Virus record (IMG/VR): IMGVR_UViG_3300032303_000909
Coordinates: 1-46,810 of that record
Origin: a virus
Lineage: Duplodnaviria; Caudoviricetes
Direction: 5' to 3' (one strand)
DNA: 46,810 bases
The notes beneath the pieces are model-generated. The model saw nothing but the letters and a program-made list of their open reading frames with translations, ran no database searches and was not told the origin of the DNA. Below, one piece after another: positions 27,146-36,748 of the stretch. Both the position numbers and the translations under genes were made by a program. Positions within the stretch are counted from its first letter, which is position 1. Every line of letters begins with the position of its first letter.

Positions 27146-27497
27146 TCAAGAAAAATTTATGCGAGCCTGCGACCAAAGTGTCGACAGCTTCAATGAAAAA
27201 CAATACGCAATGTATGTTAAACTTATTGATGAAGAACATCAAGAATTGTTAGAAGCAACATTAGCGGAAGATAAGGTAGAGCAATTGGACGCACTGATTG
27301 ACATCCTAGTAGTCACCATTGGTGCTATTCATAGTATGGGTGCAGATGGTGAAGGTGCTTGGAAAGAAGTAATGCGAACTAACTTTGCTAAGATTGATAA
27401 AGAAACAGGCAAGGTTCGCAAGCGCGAAGATGGTAAGGTTCTTAAACCGCTTGGTTGGACTCCGCCAGAATTAGCACCATTCATTAAGAAAGAATAA
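27126..27497 (+). CDS. MazG-like NTP pyrophosphohydrolase
   Basis: LIDEEHQEL...EQLDALIDILVV...N..K...REDGKVLKP. Confidence 0.8.
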   Translation: MTNPFRDQEKFMRACDQSVDSFNEKQYAMYVKLIDEEHQELLEATLAEDKVEQLDALIDILVVTIGAIHSMGADGEGAWKEVMRTNFAKIDKETGKVRKREDGKVLKPLGWTPPELAPFIKKE

Positions 27498-27499
27498 AA

Positions 27500-27907
27500 G
27501 TGTTTTTCGAATCATTACTCGACGACTTAATGGTACAACAGCAGATTGACGGAGCATGGCAACACATGGTAGGTGTTATCATGTTGAATCAAACTGGACG
27601 CAAACCAGTCAAACATACCCTACCAGAATTTCTATACTGGTTTCCTACTCCTCATTCCTTAATCAAGGCTGACGAGGAATTTGTCAAGAGCATTATCCAA
27701 CCTCTGGGCATGGTCAATGTCCGTTTCAAGCGTTTGAAAAAAATGAGCGAGGACTACTTGACCTGGGACGGGAATGATGCTACAATGTTATATGGCATCG
27801 GAAAGTACGGCAGTGATAGTTATGAAATTTTCTTTAAACAAAATTATTCTGTCCAACCTACCGATAAAGAATTGATTAGATATTTGAAAGAAGAGATATA
27901 TGCGTGA
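27500..27907 (+). CDS. HhH-GPD DNA glycosylase (MBD4-like)
   Basis: IMLNQT, PLGM...R, LYGIGKYGSDSYEIF, PTDKEL. Confidence 0.8.
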   Translation: MFFESLLDDLMVQQQIDGAWQHMVGVIMLNQTGRKPVKHTLPEFLYWFPTPHSLIKADEEFVKSIIQPLGMVNVRFKRLKKMSEDYLTWDGNDATMLYGIGKYGSDSYEIFFKQNYSVQPTDKELIRYLKEEIYA

Positions 27908-28328
27908 ATATATTAATATTGTTGAAGGCATCACAGATTCTTGGTTTAAAGATGGTAGTTTTGAAACATATAAACGACCTGCCAAAGAACACTATAACAT
28001 TGCCACCGAACCGGGAACTATTGACACACTGGAGGGTCCTGTAAAATATCCAGCAGGCTACTACATCATGCGTGGACCAAAGGGAGAAAAATATCCAATT
28101 AGTCCAGAAAAATTCAAAGAACTCAAGGATGATCATGGATATGGCATTTGTACTCCTAAAAAAATTATGAAAGTTGCTAAACTAGCAGATCACTCTGGAA
28201 CAGTTGACACCAGCTGGGGCGAGAAACTACATTACAATCCGGGCGAAGATGTTATTGTTCGACACGGTCCAAATGACTACGGTGTAGTTAAGAAAGACAT
28301 TTTTAATCAAACCTACGAGAAAGTATAA
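27900..28328 (+). CDS. hypothetical protein (PGDYG-like)
   Basis: Two internal repeats: TLEG...GPKGEKYP and TSWG...GPNDYGVV...F..TY. Confidence 0.6.
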   Translation: MREYINIVEGITDSWFKDGSFETYKRPAKEHYNIATEPGTIDTLEGPVKYPAGYYIMRGPKGEKYPISPEKFKELKDDHGYGICTPKKIMKVAKLADHSGTVDTSWGEKLHYNPGEDVIVRHGPNDYGVVKKDIFNQTYEKV

Positions 28329-29167
28329 TGGCACAACATTCACGATACTGGAGTTGCAGTCCTTTTGCAGACTGGCTTCGAGGTACTGCAAAACTCAGTG
28401 CGGGTACTAGCGAAGAATGGGATGAGTGGCGAACCACTGCACAAATGAAGCATAACTTTCGCTACTGGCTAGCAGAAGAAGCATTAGATGCTATCCAAGA
28501 CTTTGTCACTTGGCCTACAAGGAGTTTATACAGTGTTAAGTACTATATTAATAACCGTTGGGTTAGTCGCACTCATAGTCTTACTGCTCACCCAAGAGAT
28601 ATCAAGCCGGGTCAATGGTGCGATGTGGGTAATCGCTTTTTGCCTTGCTTATTCAATGAGCTGGTTGATTTTGTTGAAATAGAATCAGCATGGATGCACA
28701 TTGCCTGGGGCAGTGCCGAAGACAAAGCAAAGTATGCGGCACCGTTCTGGGCCACTGGTTGGTTCCGTTGGCGTACATGGCGCTGTCCACAAGCAGGGCT
28801 CGATCATCTTGATTGGGCAATGACATTGACCAACAGTGATTGGTGTACTCCTGAAGATCCAAACTATGGCAAGCCTACTAGTCAAGCAATACGTGCCAAG
28901 GAAATCAAAGAGCTGTACACCTGGTGGACTGTTACCTATCGCAATCGTCCTGATCCATATGATGCCAGTGGCTGGACTGAAGCATGTGAAGCAAGTCGTA
29001 TTGCCAACGGTGGTCGACTAAATTTTGGTGGAGATAAAGATCCTGCTCTTAAAAAGGCTAGCGACAAGGCTCATAAACTGTTACAAAAGATCGAAGCGGC
29101 ATATGAGAAGGAAGATGAACAAATGATGATCAGGTTAATCAAGACTCGAGACAGTCTATGGACCTAA
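28328..29167 (+). CDS. hypothetical Trp-rich phage protein
   Basis: 279-aa ORF. Confidence 0.75.
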   Translation: MAQHSRYWSCSPFADWLRGTAKLSAGTSEEWDEWRTTAQMKHNFRYWLAEEALDAIQDFVTWPTRSLYSVKYYINNRWVSRTHSLTAHPRDIKPGQWCDVGNRFLPCLFNELVDFVEIESAWMHIAWGSAEDKAKYAAPFWATGWFRWRTWRCPQAGLDHLDWAMTLTNSDWCTPEDPNYGKPTSQAIRAKEIKELYTWWTVTYRNRPDPYDASGWTEACEASRIANGGRLNFGGDKDPALKKASDKAHKLLQKIEAAYEKEDEQMMIRLIKTRDSLWT

Positions 29168-29331
29168 ATACACTCTGCTGCCAAGCACCAAAAAATTACT
29201 CGGAAAAGTATGACTGTTACTATTGCGAGCCTTGCAACGTCTGGTCAGAGTCCAAGTGTGATGATCCAACATGTGAATATTGTGTCAATAGACCAGAAAG
29301 ACCCTATGACCAAATTGAGTCGAAGCCCTGA
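29158..29331 (+). CDS. small Cys-rich (zinc-binding?) protein
   Basis: MDLNTLCCQAP...CYYCEPCNVW...CDDPTCEYC; 57 aa, not in ORF track. Confidence 0.55.
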   Translation: MDLNTLCCQAPKNYSEKYDCYYCEPCNVWSESKCDDPTCEYCVNRPERPYDQIESKP

Positions 29332-29875
29332 ACGTAATACGTTCCAACGAGATAATTACCTGAATCGTAAAGTGGAAGAAGGCAAAATACCCGATCCAGC
29401 AATAGTTAAGATGTACGAAGAAATCAATTTTGATAAAATGTCTAGAGAAGAAGATCCTAACTGGAAAAAAGATAACTTGGAGTATGATCTCCGTAGTACC
29501 GATTGGATATTGGCCAAGGTCCGAGAAAGTCGCATCTACTCTCAAAATCTTTATGCCGCTATCTGTAATAACGATTTCCAAAAATTAGATGTTATGCCAA
29601 TCCTCAAGGATGAGCGTTGGAGTGCCAGTTGGCGTTATGCTGGAGGTATTATTGCCGACATGCGTGAAGAAGGTGACTATATTGATTGGTACTGTAGTGG
29701 TATCCGAAACAACGATCAATTAGAACCGGGCGAGTGGGAAAATTGGACATTGGAACAGCAAACTTATTACAAGGAAGGACAGGCATTTGTATCCGAAAGT
29801 GCAGTCACTGATGAAATCCGAGAAGATCTAAAAAAGCTAGGTTGGATTGTAGTAGATCAAAACAACGAGTTTTAA
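29306..29875 (+). CDS. hypothetical phage protein
   Basis: NLYAAICNN...SWRYAGGIIAD...YIDWYCSG; start moved to 29306. Confidence 0.7.
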   Translation: MTKLSRSPERNTFQRDNYLNRKVEEGKIPDPAIVKMYEEINFDKMSREEDPNWKKDNLEYDLRSTDWILAKVRESRIYSQNLYAAICNNDFQKLDVMPILKDERWSASWRYAGGIIADMREEGDYIDWYCSGIRNNDQLEPGEWENWTLEQQTYYKEGQAFVSESAVTDEIREDLKKLGWIVVDQNNEF

Positions 29876-30840
29876 TCGTTTAGATTAACCTGTTGTGATA
29901 ATGGAATCCAAGTGTTCCTTAGTTTCTCAATTCCTCGAGCAAAACCTTCAGGATTCAATTCTCGTTCATCTAAGAAAATTAAGTTATCATCGTAATATGA
30001 TTTAATTTCTTTAGAACGTAACGCAGGTATAAACGTTTTCTGATACCATTCTACAATTTCCTTAGGAGTGTTAGGTGGTAAGATCATTGCCCAGGCTGCA
30101 AACACATCAATGTAGCTACCACCTACCCGAATGGTTTCAGCAGTAGGTAACCTATCTAATTTGCGTTCGCCAGTGATGCCAATAACTTTAACTCTACCTG
30201 CCTGAACTAATGGCAAGGCAATAGCAATAGGCATAATACCAAATTCTATTCCGCTGTCACCTGCCACACCGGTCACAGCCTGTAGTGGGCCAGGAAAGGG
30301 AATAGTTTTAACTAGCTGTTTGTTACCTTTGGCCTTTAACATAAAGTATTCAAAGGTCATACGATGTGCCCCTCCACCAACAGCAACATTGACGGGTTTG
30401 TTTGTGTTTTTAAACAAATCTGCCAACTCATCTACTGTATTAATTTTGCTTTTAGGATTAGCAACAATAGTTAAAGGACTCTTGCCCATACCAAAGATAT
30501 TAGTGAAGCTATTGTATTCAAACTTTTTAATATCTTTCTGCCAGATGTCATTGGTTACAAATGTACTCATGTAACTGGGAATAGCAATAGTGTAGCCGTC
30601 TGGTTTAGCTTCGTAGAGCATATTCATTGCTACTACACTATCAGCTCCTGGTTTCAGCTCAATAATAAATGTTGCATTAGGATTTGTCTTTGCTACCTGT
30701 GCTGATATAGCACGAAACCCTACTTCGTTGCCCGAGCCGGGTTGATTGCCAATTAGTACTGTAATAGGCTTAGTTGGTTCCCAAGCGTGTGTCAATAATG
30801 CAGTTGTTGCTAAAAATAAACTAACGACTATCTTTTTCAT
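29872..30840 (-). CDS. tripartite tricarboxylate transporter substrate-binding protein (Bug/TctC family)
   Basis: Signal peptide, WEPTKPITVLI...PG, KPGAD, PDGYT, PPNTPKEIV. Confidence 0.85.
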   Translation of the reverse strand: MKKIVVSLFLATTALLTHAWEPTKPITVLIGNQPGSGNEVGFRAISAQVAKTNPNATFIIELKPGADSVVAMNMLYEAKPDGYTIAIPSYMSTFVTNDIWQKDIKKFEYNSFTNIFGMGKSPLTIVANPKSKINTVDELADLFKNTNKPVNVAVGGGAHRMTFEYFMLKAKGNKQLVKTIPFPGPLQAVTGVAGDSGIEFGIMPIAIALPLVQAGRVKVIGITGERKLDRLPTAETIRVGGSYIDVFAAWAMILPPNTPKEIVEWYQKTFIPALRSKEIKSYYDDNLIFLDERELNPEGFARGIEKLRNTWIPLSQQVNLND

Positions 30841-30904
30841 TTTTTCTCCTATTTTAGATAAAGATGTACCAATCCTGGTATGATAATATAAAACACGTGA
30901 TCTT

Positions 30905-31480
30905 TCATTTTAATATTGTGACCAAAATGTCAGGATAGGTCTTTGTTATATTAAGTTCTTGTCCAAAGTTCTCGGTAACCCATTCCTGTGTAAAATAGTT
31001 CCAGGTCAACTCGTGTTTACTGGCAAATTGTAAAATATTATTATTTTGTTTGGCTATTTCGCCTAACATTGTTGTGCTGTCTTTATATGCCGAATAATTA
31101 GGGTACTTAATATTAAATCCTCCAGCTTCGTGCCACCAGGCATAGCTAGGCATGTCTGGTCTATAAACAAGCATGATCCAATCATCGGAGAATAGTTGTC
31201 TAACTAAATCTAACTTATAGGCCCAATCATGACTCTTAACTATTCTGGTGCCACCCGGATTAGTCCATGCACAATCAATATACCGTTTATCAGGATAGGC
31301 CTCTAATTCCATGCCTTGTCCAAAGTAAACACCTCGGTGGCCGCTGTATTGATTATGCGTATATTCTCGTTCGGGTGTACGATCGCTAGTATTAAAACCA
31401 TCTAGTTGTTCTAGTGTCTGTGCTATACCACTCCAGCGACTACCTGGTACGCCTGTAAAAAATATTCTATTAGGTAACAT
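30905..31480 (-). CDS. P-loop/sulfotransferase-like hypothetical protein
   Basis: FTGVPGSRWS, VKSH, LVYRPD. Confidence 0.55.
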   Translation of the reverse strand: MLPNRIFFTGVPGSRWSGIAQTLEQLDGFNTSDRTPEREYTHNQYSGHRGVYFGQGMELEAYPDKRYIDCAWTNPGGTRIVKSHDWAYKLDLVRQLFSDDWIMLVYRPDMPSYAWWHEAGGFNIKYPNYSAYKDSTTMLGEIAKQNNNILQFASKHELTWNYFTQEWVTENFGQELNITKTYPDILVTILK

Positions 31481-31507
31481 AGTATTAAATAACTATTTAA
31501 TGAATAT

Positions 31508-32041
31508 ATGACAGTTGACCAAAATTATTTAAACCACTACTTCGGTAACATCTGGCACCGTAAAAACGGAGACCTACAACAGTTTGACAAAACAGGACTT
31601 GCTTTAATTGAAAAAGTTAAAGAAGGCGAAACTGTCATAGATGTTGGTTGTGGTGCCAATCCTTTTAAAGGACATATCTCAAACCTAATCGGAATTGATC
31701 CGGCGTTTGATCAAGCTGACGTAAAGTGCGGCATTGATGAATACGAAACAGATCAACAGTTCGATGTTGCGTTTTGTTTAGGTAGTATCAACTTTGGAGA
31801 AGTCACAGACATCGAACGTCAGATTGCCAAAGTTATCACCTTACTAAAACCCACATCTAGAATCTATTGGCGTAGCAATCCCGGACTACAAGATCACAAA
31901 AACGAAGAATGTAAACTAATTCCGTTCTATCCCTGGAGCATTGAGGAACATGTGCGCCTAGCAGACAAATTTGGGTTTAGACTAGTAGAATGTTCTTGGG
32001 ACACAAAGAATCGCATCTACGCCGAATGGCATAGACCTTAA
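31508..32041 (+). CDS. class I SAM-dependent methyltransferase
   Basis: VIDVGCG, IGID, FDVAFCLGSINF. Confidence 0.8.
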   Translation: MTVDQNYLNHYFGNIWHRKNGDLQQFDKTGLALIEKVKEGETVIDVGCGANPFKGHISNLIGIDPAFDQADVKCGIDEYETDQQFDVAFCLGSINFGEVTDIERQIAKVITLLKPTSRIYWRSNPGLQDHKNEECKLIPFYPWSIEEHVRLADKFGFRLVECSWDTKNRIYAEWHRP

Positions 32042-32066
32042 ACTAATTTAGTGCTACAATAGAACT

Positions 32067-32372
32067 ATGTCTAAACCTATAGTTCTATCTGAAGCAGCCT
32101 GGCTTAAAATCTATAATCAGATTGCTAAAAACTATCCACCCAGTGTGTTGCTTATCCGCGACAAGATGAGATCAGTTCTAGGCTTTACTAGCAGAACACA
32201 CAATGAATGGTCAGATAGTCATGTTGATATCGGCGGTAGTAGATTTGAAACTAGATGGCAAATAACCACTATCCATTTAGATTTTTACAATGAGTCAAAA
32301 CGCACTATGTTTCTACTGAAATACAGCGAATATTTGGACAAATCTGGTAATACCGAGCTTGACATAGAATAA
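32067..32372 (+). CDS. hypothetical protein
   Basis: 101-aa ORF after TAGACC-N17-TACAAT. Confidence 0.65.
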   Translation: MSKPIVLSEAAWLKIYNQIAKNYPPSVLLIRDKMRSVLGFTSRTHNEWSDSHVDIGGSRFETRWQITTIHLDFYNESKRTMFLLKYSEYLDKSGNTELDIE

Positions 32373-32387
32373 AAAACGCTGTATAAT
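32359..32387 (+). promoter_or_regulatory. sigma70-type promoter
   Basis: TTGACA-N17-TATAAT. Confidence 0.85.
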
Positions 32388-32418
32388 ATATAGATACACT
32401 AGCAACAAGGAGTCGCAA

Positions 32419-33636
32419 ATGGCAACAGTAGCAGGCATTAAGATCAAGCCCAAAGTTAAAAAAGAAAAGATCACCAGCGTAAGCATCCGTGAGAATGCCA
32501 AGCGCGACTATAGCCCAAAGTGGGATGGTGCAGAAACTTGGACTAGTGCTCAATTTACCAAACACTTCCGCGGTGCTATGGAATACTACCGTTTGGAAAA
32601 GACTACCAAAGAGCTCAAGCCACAGATTATTAACTGGATGGCTCTTAATGATTATACCAAAGCTGAAATCGCGGCTTTTAAGAAGACCAAAGATAATCGC
32701 TGTTCGATGACTGTAGCGGCGTTGGCTGCTTGTCTGCAACGAGGTATGCCGGCAGTTCACGACGGATTTAACGAGGGCCGTGACAGCACTATTTGGTTGC
32801 GTAAAGAAATTGCCAAAATTGTTGAGCAAGGCAGAGACGATGTCGACGAAACCGAAACGATTAAGCCAGTGATTAAGGTAGAAGTATATATCCCAACTAT
32901 TCAAGATCGTCTGCGTGAAGCCGCAGGCGGTATGAGTGAAGAACTGGATATTGCAATTGATGCATGGATTATGGATCCGGAATCTTTTAATCCTAAAGAC
33001 ATTAAAGTTGTTAACTTGTTAAAGGGCAAGGGTGCCAAGGCTGCTCACTCGCGCATGATCAAAGGTTATTTCCAACGAGGCTATGATGAGTTGATTGAAT
33101 TGAGTAGTGGCAAAGCTGACGATCAATTGAAAGAAGCCTACAAGCATAACAGCCGCAAGAATGTCAACAAGCTAATTGAGTTTTATGCGGCCATTATGGC
33201 CGCCTGTGAGCAGATTGCCGCAGAACAGAAAGTCTTGAAGAAGCCACGTACCGCCAAAATTAAACCAGCAGAAGAAGTTGTTAAGAAACTCAAGTTCATG
33301 CTAACTGATACTAAATTAGGCGTAACGTCAGTGCCTCCTGCTACCATTATTGGTGCCCAAGGTGTTGTTGTGCTCAATGCCAAGACACGTAAGATCGGCT
33401 ACTACATTGCCAAGAGCAGTGAAGGTATTGGAGTTAAGAATAGTAGTGTTACTAACTTTACTGAAAAGAGTATGCAAAAGACTCTGCGTAAGCCACCAGA
33501 ACAAGTCAAAGAGTTCAAAGAGCAGAATACGCAAAAGCGTTTTGAAACTTGGTTTGCCAAGGGTGTCAAGACTACAGAGACAGTGCTGAATGGTAGATTT
33601 AGCGAAGACACAATTATCCTGAAGGTGTATAAATGA
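32419..33636 (+). CDS. Lys-rich hypothetical phage protein
   Basis: 405 aa, strong RBS AAGGAG, ends KTLRKP...NGRF.EDTIILKV. Confidence 0.8.
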   Translation: MATVAGIKIKPKVKKEKITSVSIRENAKRDYSPKWDGAETWTSAQFTKHFRGAMEYYRLEKTTKELKPQIINWMALNDYTKAEIAAFKKTKDNRCSMTVAALAACLQRGMPAVHDGFNEGRDSTIWLRKEIAKIVEQGRDDVDETETIKPVIKVEVYIPTIQDRLREAAGGMSEELDIAIDAWIMDPESFNPKDIKVVNLLKGKGAKAAHSRMIKGYFQRGYDELIELSSGKADDQLKEAYKHNSRKNVNKLIEFYAAIMAACEQIAAEQKVLKKPRTAKIKPAEEVVKKLKFMLTDTKLGVTSVPPATIIGAQGVVVLNAKTRKIGYYIAKSSEGIGVKNSSVTNFTEKSMQKTLRKPPEQVKEFKEQNTQKRFETWFAKGVKTTETVLNGRFSEDTIILKVYK

Positions 33637-33872
33637 ACGAAAGAATTAAAGAACTTATAGAAAAAGTAGGTACAGATTGCAGTGGTAAGTGGATGGCAAC
33701 TGAAAAAATTAATGAGATAGCTGAGTTGATTTTAGCAGATGTAATTGCTATAATTAACAATCCACAAACCTATAATAGGTGTGTATTTACTAGCTTTGAC
33801 GAACATAAAAGTAAATGTATTACAATAGAATTAGTAAGAGAAATTAATCAACAATTTAAGGATGTAAAATGA
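33633..33872 (+). CDS. hypothetical protein
   Basis: MNERIKEL-type small phage ORF. Confidence 0.65.
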   Translation: MNERIKELIEKVGTDCSGKWMATEKINEIAELILADVIAIINNPQTYNRCVFTSFDEHKSKCITIELVREINQQFKDVK

Positions 33873-34381
33873 TTACACTAAAAGAATGGATGGAACTGGT
33901 AGATTACCGTATCACCGAAGGTGGTGATTATAACCTGTTCAGCGACAATGCCTATGCACTGTCATCATGGAACGGTGATCAAGCTGGCTACAGCATGGAA
34001 ATCATCTTCGATACAAAGACTCAAGTAGTCTATTGTGTCGAAGCCTGTGACTACAAACATCAACGTGCCTATCGTTTGTTTCACCCCGACTACAAGAATG
34101 TAGATCAGATTAAAGAAGCGTGGGACACTGTTGAGTGGTGTGACCTAGAAGCAGATGACGATTTTATTCAAAAGTCTCTGTCTATTGTAGCAGGTGAGGA
34201 TTATGACACTCGTGTTAGTATTCCGATTGACTTGCCAGACCACGAATTGATGGCTATTTTTAAAATGGCTCACGAAGCTGATATGACATTTAACGATTTT
34301 GTTGAAAAGATTCTGCGTGAAAAACTGGCAGATGAAGGTTTTGTTGCAGGAATGAAAGCCGCACATGAAGCAGGAAAATGA
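33869..34381 (+). CDS. hypothetical protein (possible C-terminal ribbon-helix-helix)
   Basis: AHEADMTFNDFVEKILRE C-terminus. Confidence 0.7.
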   Translation: MITLKEWMELVDYRITEGGDYNLFSDNAYALSSWNGDQAGYSMEIIFDTKTQVVYCVEACDYKHQRAYRLFHPDYKNVDQIKEAWDTVEWCDLEADDDFIQKSLSIVAGEDYDTRVSIPIDLPDHELMAIFKMAHEADMTFNDFVEKILREKLADEGFVAGMKAAHEAGK

Positions 34382-34748
34382 AGACTACCTGAAACAGGTA
34401 TATCCAAACATGTTCTCTAAAGACTTTTGGGGCTTTGAGTGCAACGACGGATGGTTTAATATCATCAATATGCTGTGCCGTAATACTCAAAGTCACCTTA
34501 ATTGGAAAAAGGAAATTCCGCAGGTAATAGTGACACAGGTCAAGGAAAAGTTTGGGTCACTACGATTCTATTATGATGGCGGCGATGAATATGTTTCCGG
34601 ACTTGTTAGTATGGCAGAAGCAATAAGTGAAGTCACTTGCGAAGTGTGTGGGGAACCCGGCGAAGCTCGTCAAATTGGTTGGCACAAAGTATTGTGTGAA
34701 ACTCATCATCAAGAAAGAGAACAGGCTCGCAATGACACTCCCCGATGA
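34365..34748 (+). CDS. hypothetical phage protein with CxxC
   Basis: QVKEKFGSLRFY...CEVCG. Confidence 0.7.
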   Translation: MKQENEDYLKQVYPNMFSKDFWGFECNDGWFNIINMLCRNTQSHLNWKKEIPQVIVTQVKEKFGSLRFYYDGGDEYVSGLVSMAEAISEVTCEVCGEPGEARQIGWHKVLCETHHQEREQARNDTPR

Positions 34749-34968
34749 ACGGTATCGTGCAGTAGTAAAGACTCAGGAGTTTTTAGTAGAGATACTTAAT
34801 ACTCCTCGAGTCCCAAAGGCAATCAAGGATCAGGCTCGTTGGTGCCTGCGACACTATCCAAGTGCGTGGGATATGAAGGTGGCTGCTGAAAACTGCCCGT
34901 CGTTATTTCAAGAACAAATGGAACCGTTGTATAGAATGGTCAAACAATATGAGCAGGATAAAGAATGA
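34732..34968 (+). CDS. hypothetical protein
   Basis: MTLPDERYRAV...LRHYP; start moved to 34732. Confidence 0.65.
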   Translation: MTLPDERYRAVVKTQEFLVEILNTPRVPKAIKDQARWCLRHYPSAWDMKVAAENCPSLFQEQMEPLYRMVKQYEQDKE

Positions 34969-35369
34969 AAATCGGACTCAGCCTTAGTCGGTGCGTTCGT
35001 GACATTGTAGATGGTTCTGTGGATATTAAAGATGTGTTGGTTGTTATCAGCCGCACGGATTTTGACCCACGCAATGACGAACAATGGGCAGGCATTTGGG
35101 AAGGCTATCACTACGATAATCCCGAATGGTACAACTACCCAGACGAAGACGAACATCGTTTTCGAAAAGTTAGTATCGATCTGTGGGAACAGGGCAAACT
35201 ACACCAGCCTCGTAAATTTGGTGCAAGGCCCCGGCGGATGAACTACTACTGGATGGAGGTAAGCCTATCATCACACGATATCGATAGCAATCCCGCAGTA
35301 AAAAAAGCATGGGAACATTTCCAAGTCCTTGCAGGACTTACAAATACAACAATAAAGGATAATTTTTAA
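34965..35369 (+). CDS. hypothetical protein
   Basis: [14 protein letters not shown]...GKLHQPR. Confidence 0.7.
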   Translation: MKIGLSLSRCVRDIVDGSVDIKDVLVVISRTDFDPRNDEQWAGIWEGYHYDNPEWYNYPDEDEHRFRKVSIDLWEQGKLHQPRKFGARPRRMNYYWMEVSLSSHDIDSNPAVKKAWEHFQVLAGLTNTTIKDNF

Positions 35370-35370
35370 T

Positions 35371-35964
35371 ATGTACTCACAACTAGTACCAATGGTGGTC
35401 GAGAAGACCGGACAGGGCGAACGTGCCTTTGATATTTTCTCAAGGCTGTTAAACGAGAGGATCGTGTTCTTAAATGGACCAGTTGATGATAATTCAAGTA
35501 ACTTAATCGTAGCACAGATCCTACATTTAGAGAGTGCCGATTCAGAAAAGGATATCCACTTTTATATTAATAGCCCCGGGGGTGTTATTACATCAGGTAT
35601 GGCTATCTATGACGTCATGCAGTTTGTCAAACCAGATCTATGTACTTATGTTATGGGTCAGGCCTGCTCAATGGGTAGTTTCCTAGCACAGGCAGGTAGT
35701 CCAGGTAAACGTTATATGTTGCCACACGCACGTCATATGATTCATCAGCCAAGCGGTGGTGCTCGTGGTATGCAAAGTGATATTGCTATTCAATATAAAG
35801 AAATTACGCAGATGAAAACTATGTTGACTAATTTATATGTAAAGCATAATACAGCAGGTAAGACCTATGCTGAATTCGAACGTGATATGGATCGTGATAC
35901 ATTCATGGGTGCCGAAGAAGCATTGGCCTACGGTCTTTGCGATAAAATCGTAGATAAACGATAA
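35371..35964 (+). CDS. clpP: ATP-dependent Clp protease proteolytic subunit
   Basis: [35 protein letters not shown]. Confidence 0.97.
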   Translation: MYSQLVPMVVEKTGQGERAFDIFSRLLNERIVFLNGPVDDNSSNLIVAQILHLESADSEKDIHFYINSPGGVITSGMAIYDVMQFVKPDLCTYVMGQACSMGSFLAQAGSPGKRYMLPHARHMIHQPSGGARGMQSDIAIQYKEITQMKTMLTNLYVKHNTAGKTYAEFERDMDRDTFMGAEEALAYGLCDKIVDKR

Positions 35965-36023
35965 ACTGTGGATTAAATTCTTCTGTAGGGGTGAGTAAAT
36001 ATTACACTTATGGGAGAAACATT

Positions 36024-36197
36024 ATGGTTGAAAATTTATTACTGGTATTTTTATTTACAGGTGGTTTTATAGGGTGGAGTTTATTTGGTGTTACGTTAGC
36101 ACAACTTCTCTGTATTCGACAATCAGAAATTAAAATGATCAATTTGATCCAAGAGGATCTTAAAATTGTTAGAGAAGAACTTAAAAAACTTAAATAA
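36024..36197 (+). CDS. small membrane protein
   Basis: Hydrophobic N-terminal half; RBS GGAG. Confidence 0.55.
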   Translation: MVENLLLVFLFTGGFIGWSLFGVTLAQLLCIRQSEIKMINLIQEDLKIVREELKKLK

Positions 36198-36227
36198 CAA
36201 TACAGCGGCCTTGGCATCATTTCCCGC

Positions 36228-36256
36228 TTTACAAACTCTGCTGCCTATGCTATAAT
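36228..36256 (+). promoter_or_regulatory. sigma70-type promoter nested in structured queD leader
   Basis: TTTACA-N17-TATAAT (TG-extended). Confidence 0.6.
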
Positions 36257-36274
36257 CTAACATAGGAGAAATAA

Positions 36275-36724
36275 ATGGCAAAATTTTATTCAACAAAACA
36301 TTACGGACACAATATTGGTCTGTCAGCAGTATTCCGCCAACCCAATGCGGATCATAGCCACTGTCATTTGCTACATGGCTACAGTTTGGCATTTACATTC
36401 ACGTTTGGCTGTGATAATTTAGATGATAAAAACTGGGCAGTGGACTTTGGCGGACTCAAAGCACTCAAGGCATGGCTAGAAGATCACTTTGATCACAAGT
36501 TAGCGTTGGATGAACAAGATCCGCACTTGGCTAAGTTTCAAGAACTAGAAGCACTAGGGTTGGCTGAAATTAGATATTTTGATGGTGTAGGTGCAGAGAA
36601 GTTTGCCGAACATGCTTTTAATTTTGCTAACACGTTGATAAGAGAAAAGACTGGCGATCGCTGTTATTGCGTTAGGGTAGAATGTGCAGAACATGGTGCC
36701 AATAGTGCAATCTATGAAGCATAA
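36275..36724 (+). CDS. queD: 6-carboxy-5,6,7,8-tetrahydropterin synthase / PTPS family
   Basis: HCHLLHGYS, VDFGGLK, FDH, AEKFA, C-terminal E..ANSA. Confidence 0.85.
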   Translation: MAKFYSTKHYGHNIGLSAVFRQPNADHSHCHLLHGYSLAFTFTFGCDNLDDKNWAVDFGGLKALKAWLEDHFDHKLALDEQDPHLAKFQELEALGLAEIRYFDGVGAEKFAEHAFNFANTLIREKTGDRCYCVRVECAEHGANSAIYEA

Positions 36725-36748
36725 TGAATATAACAGAGACTCGATCAC

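Noticed and set aside
36197-36274. Canonical preQ1-I riboswitch upstream of queD
   Set aside because: It lacks the typical short stem, loop consensus and A-rich 3' tail; reported only as a non-canonical candidate.
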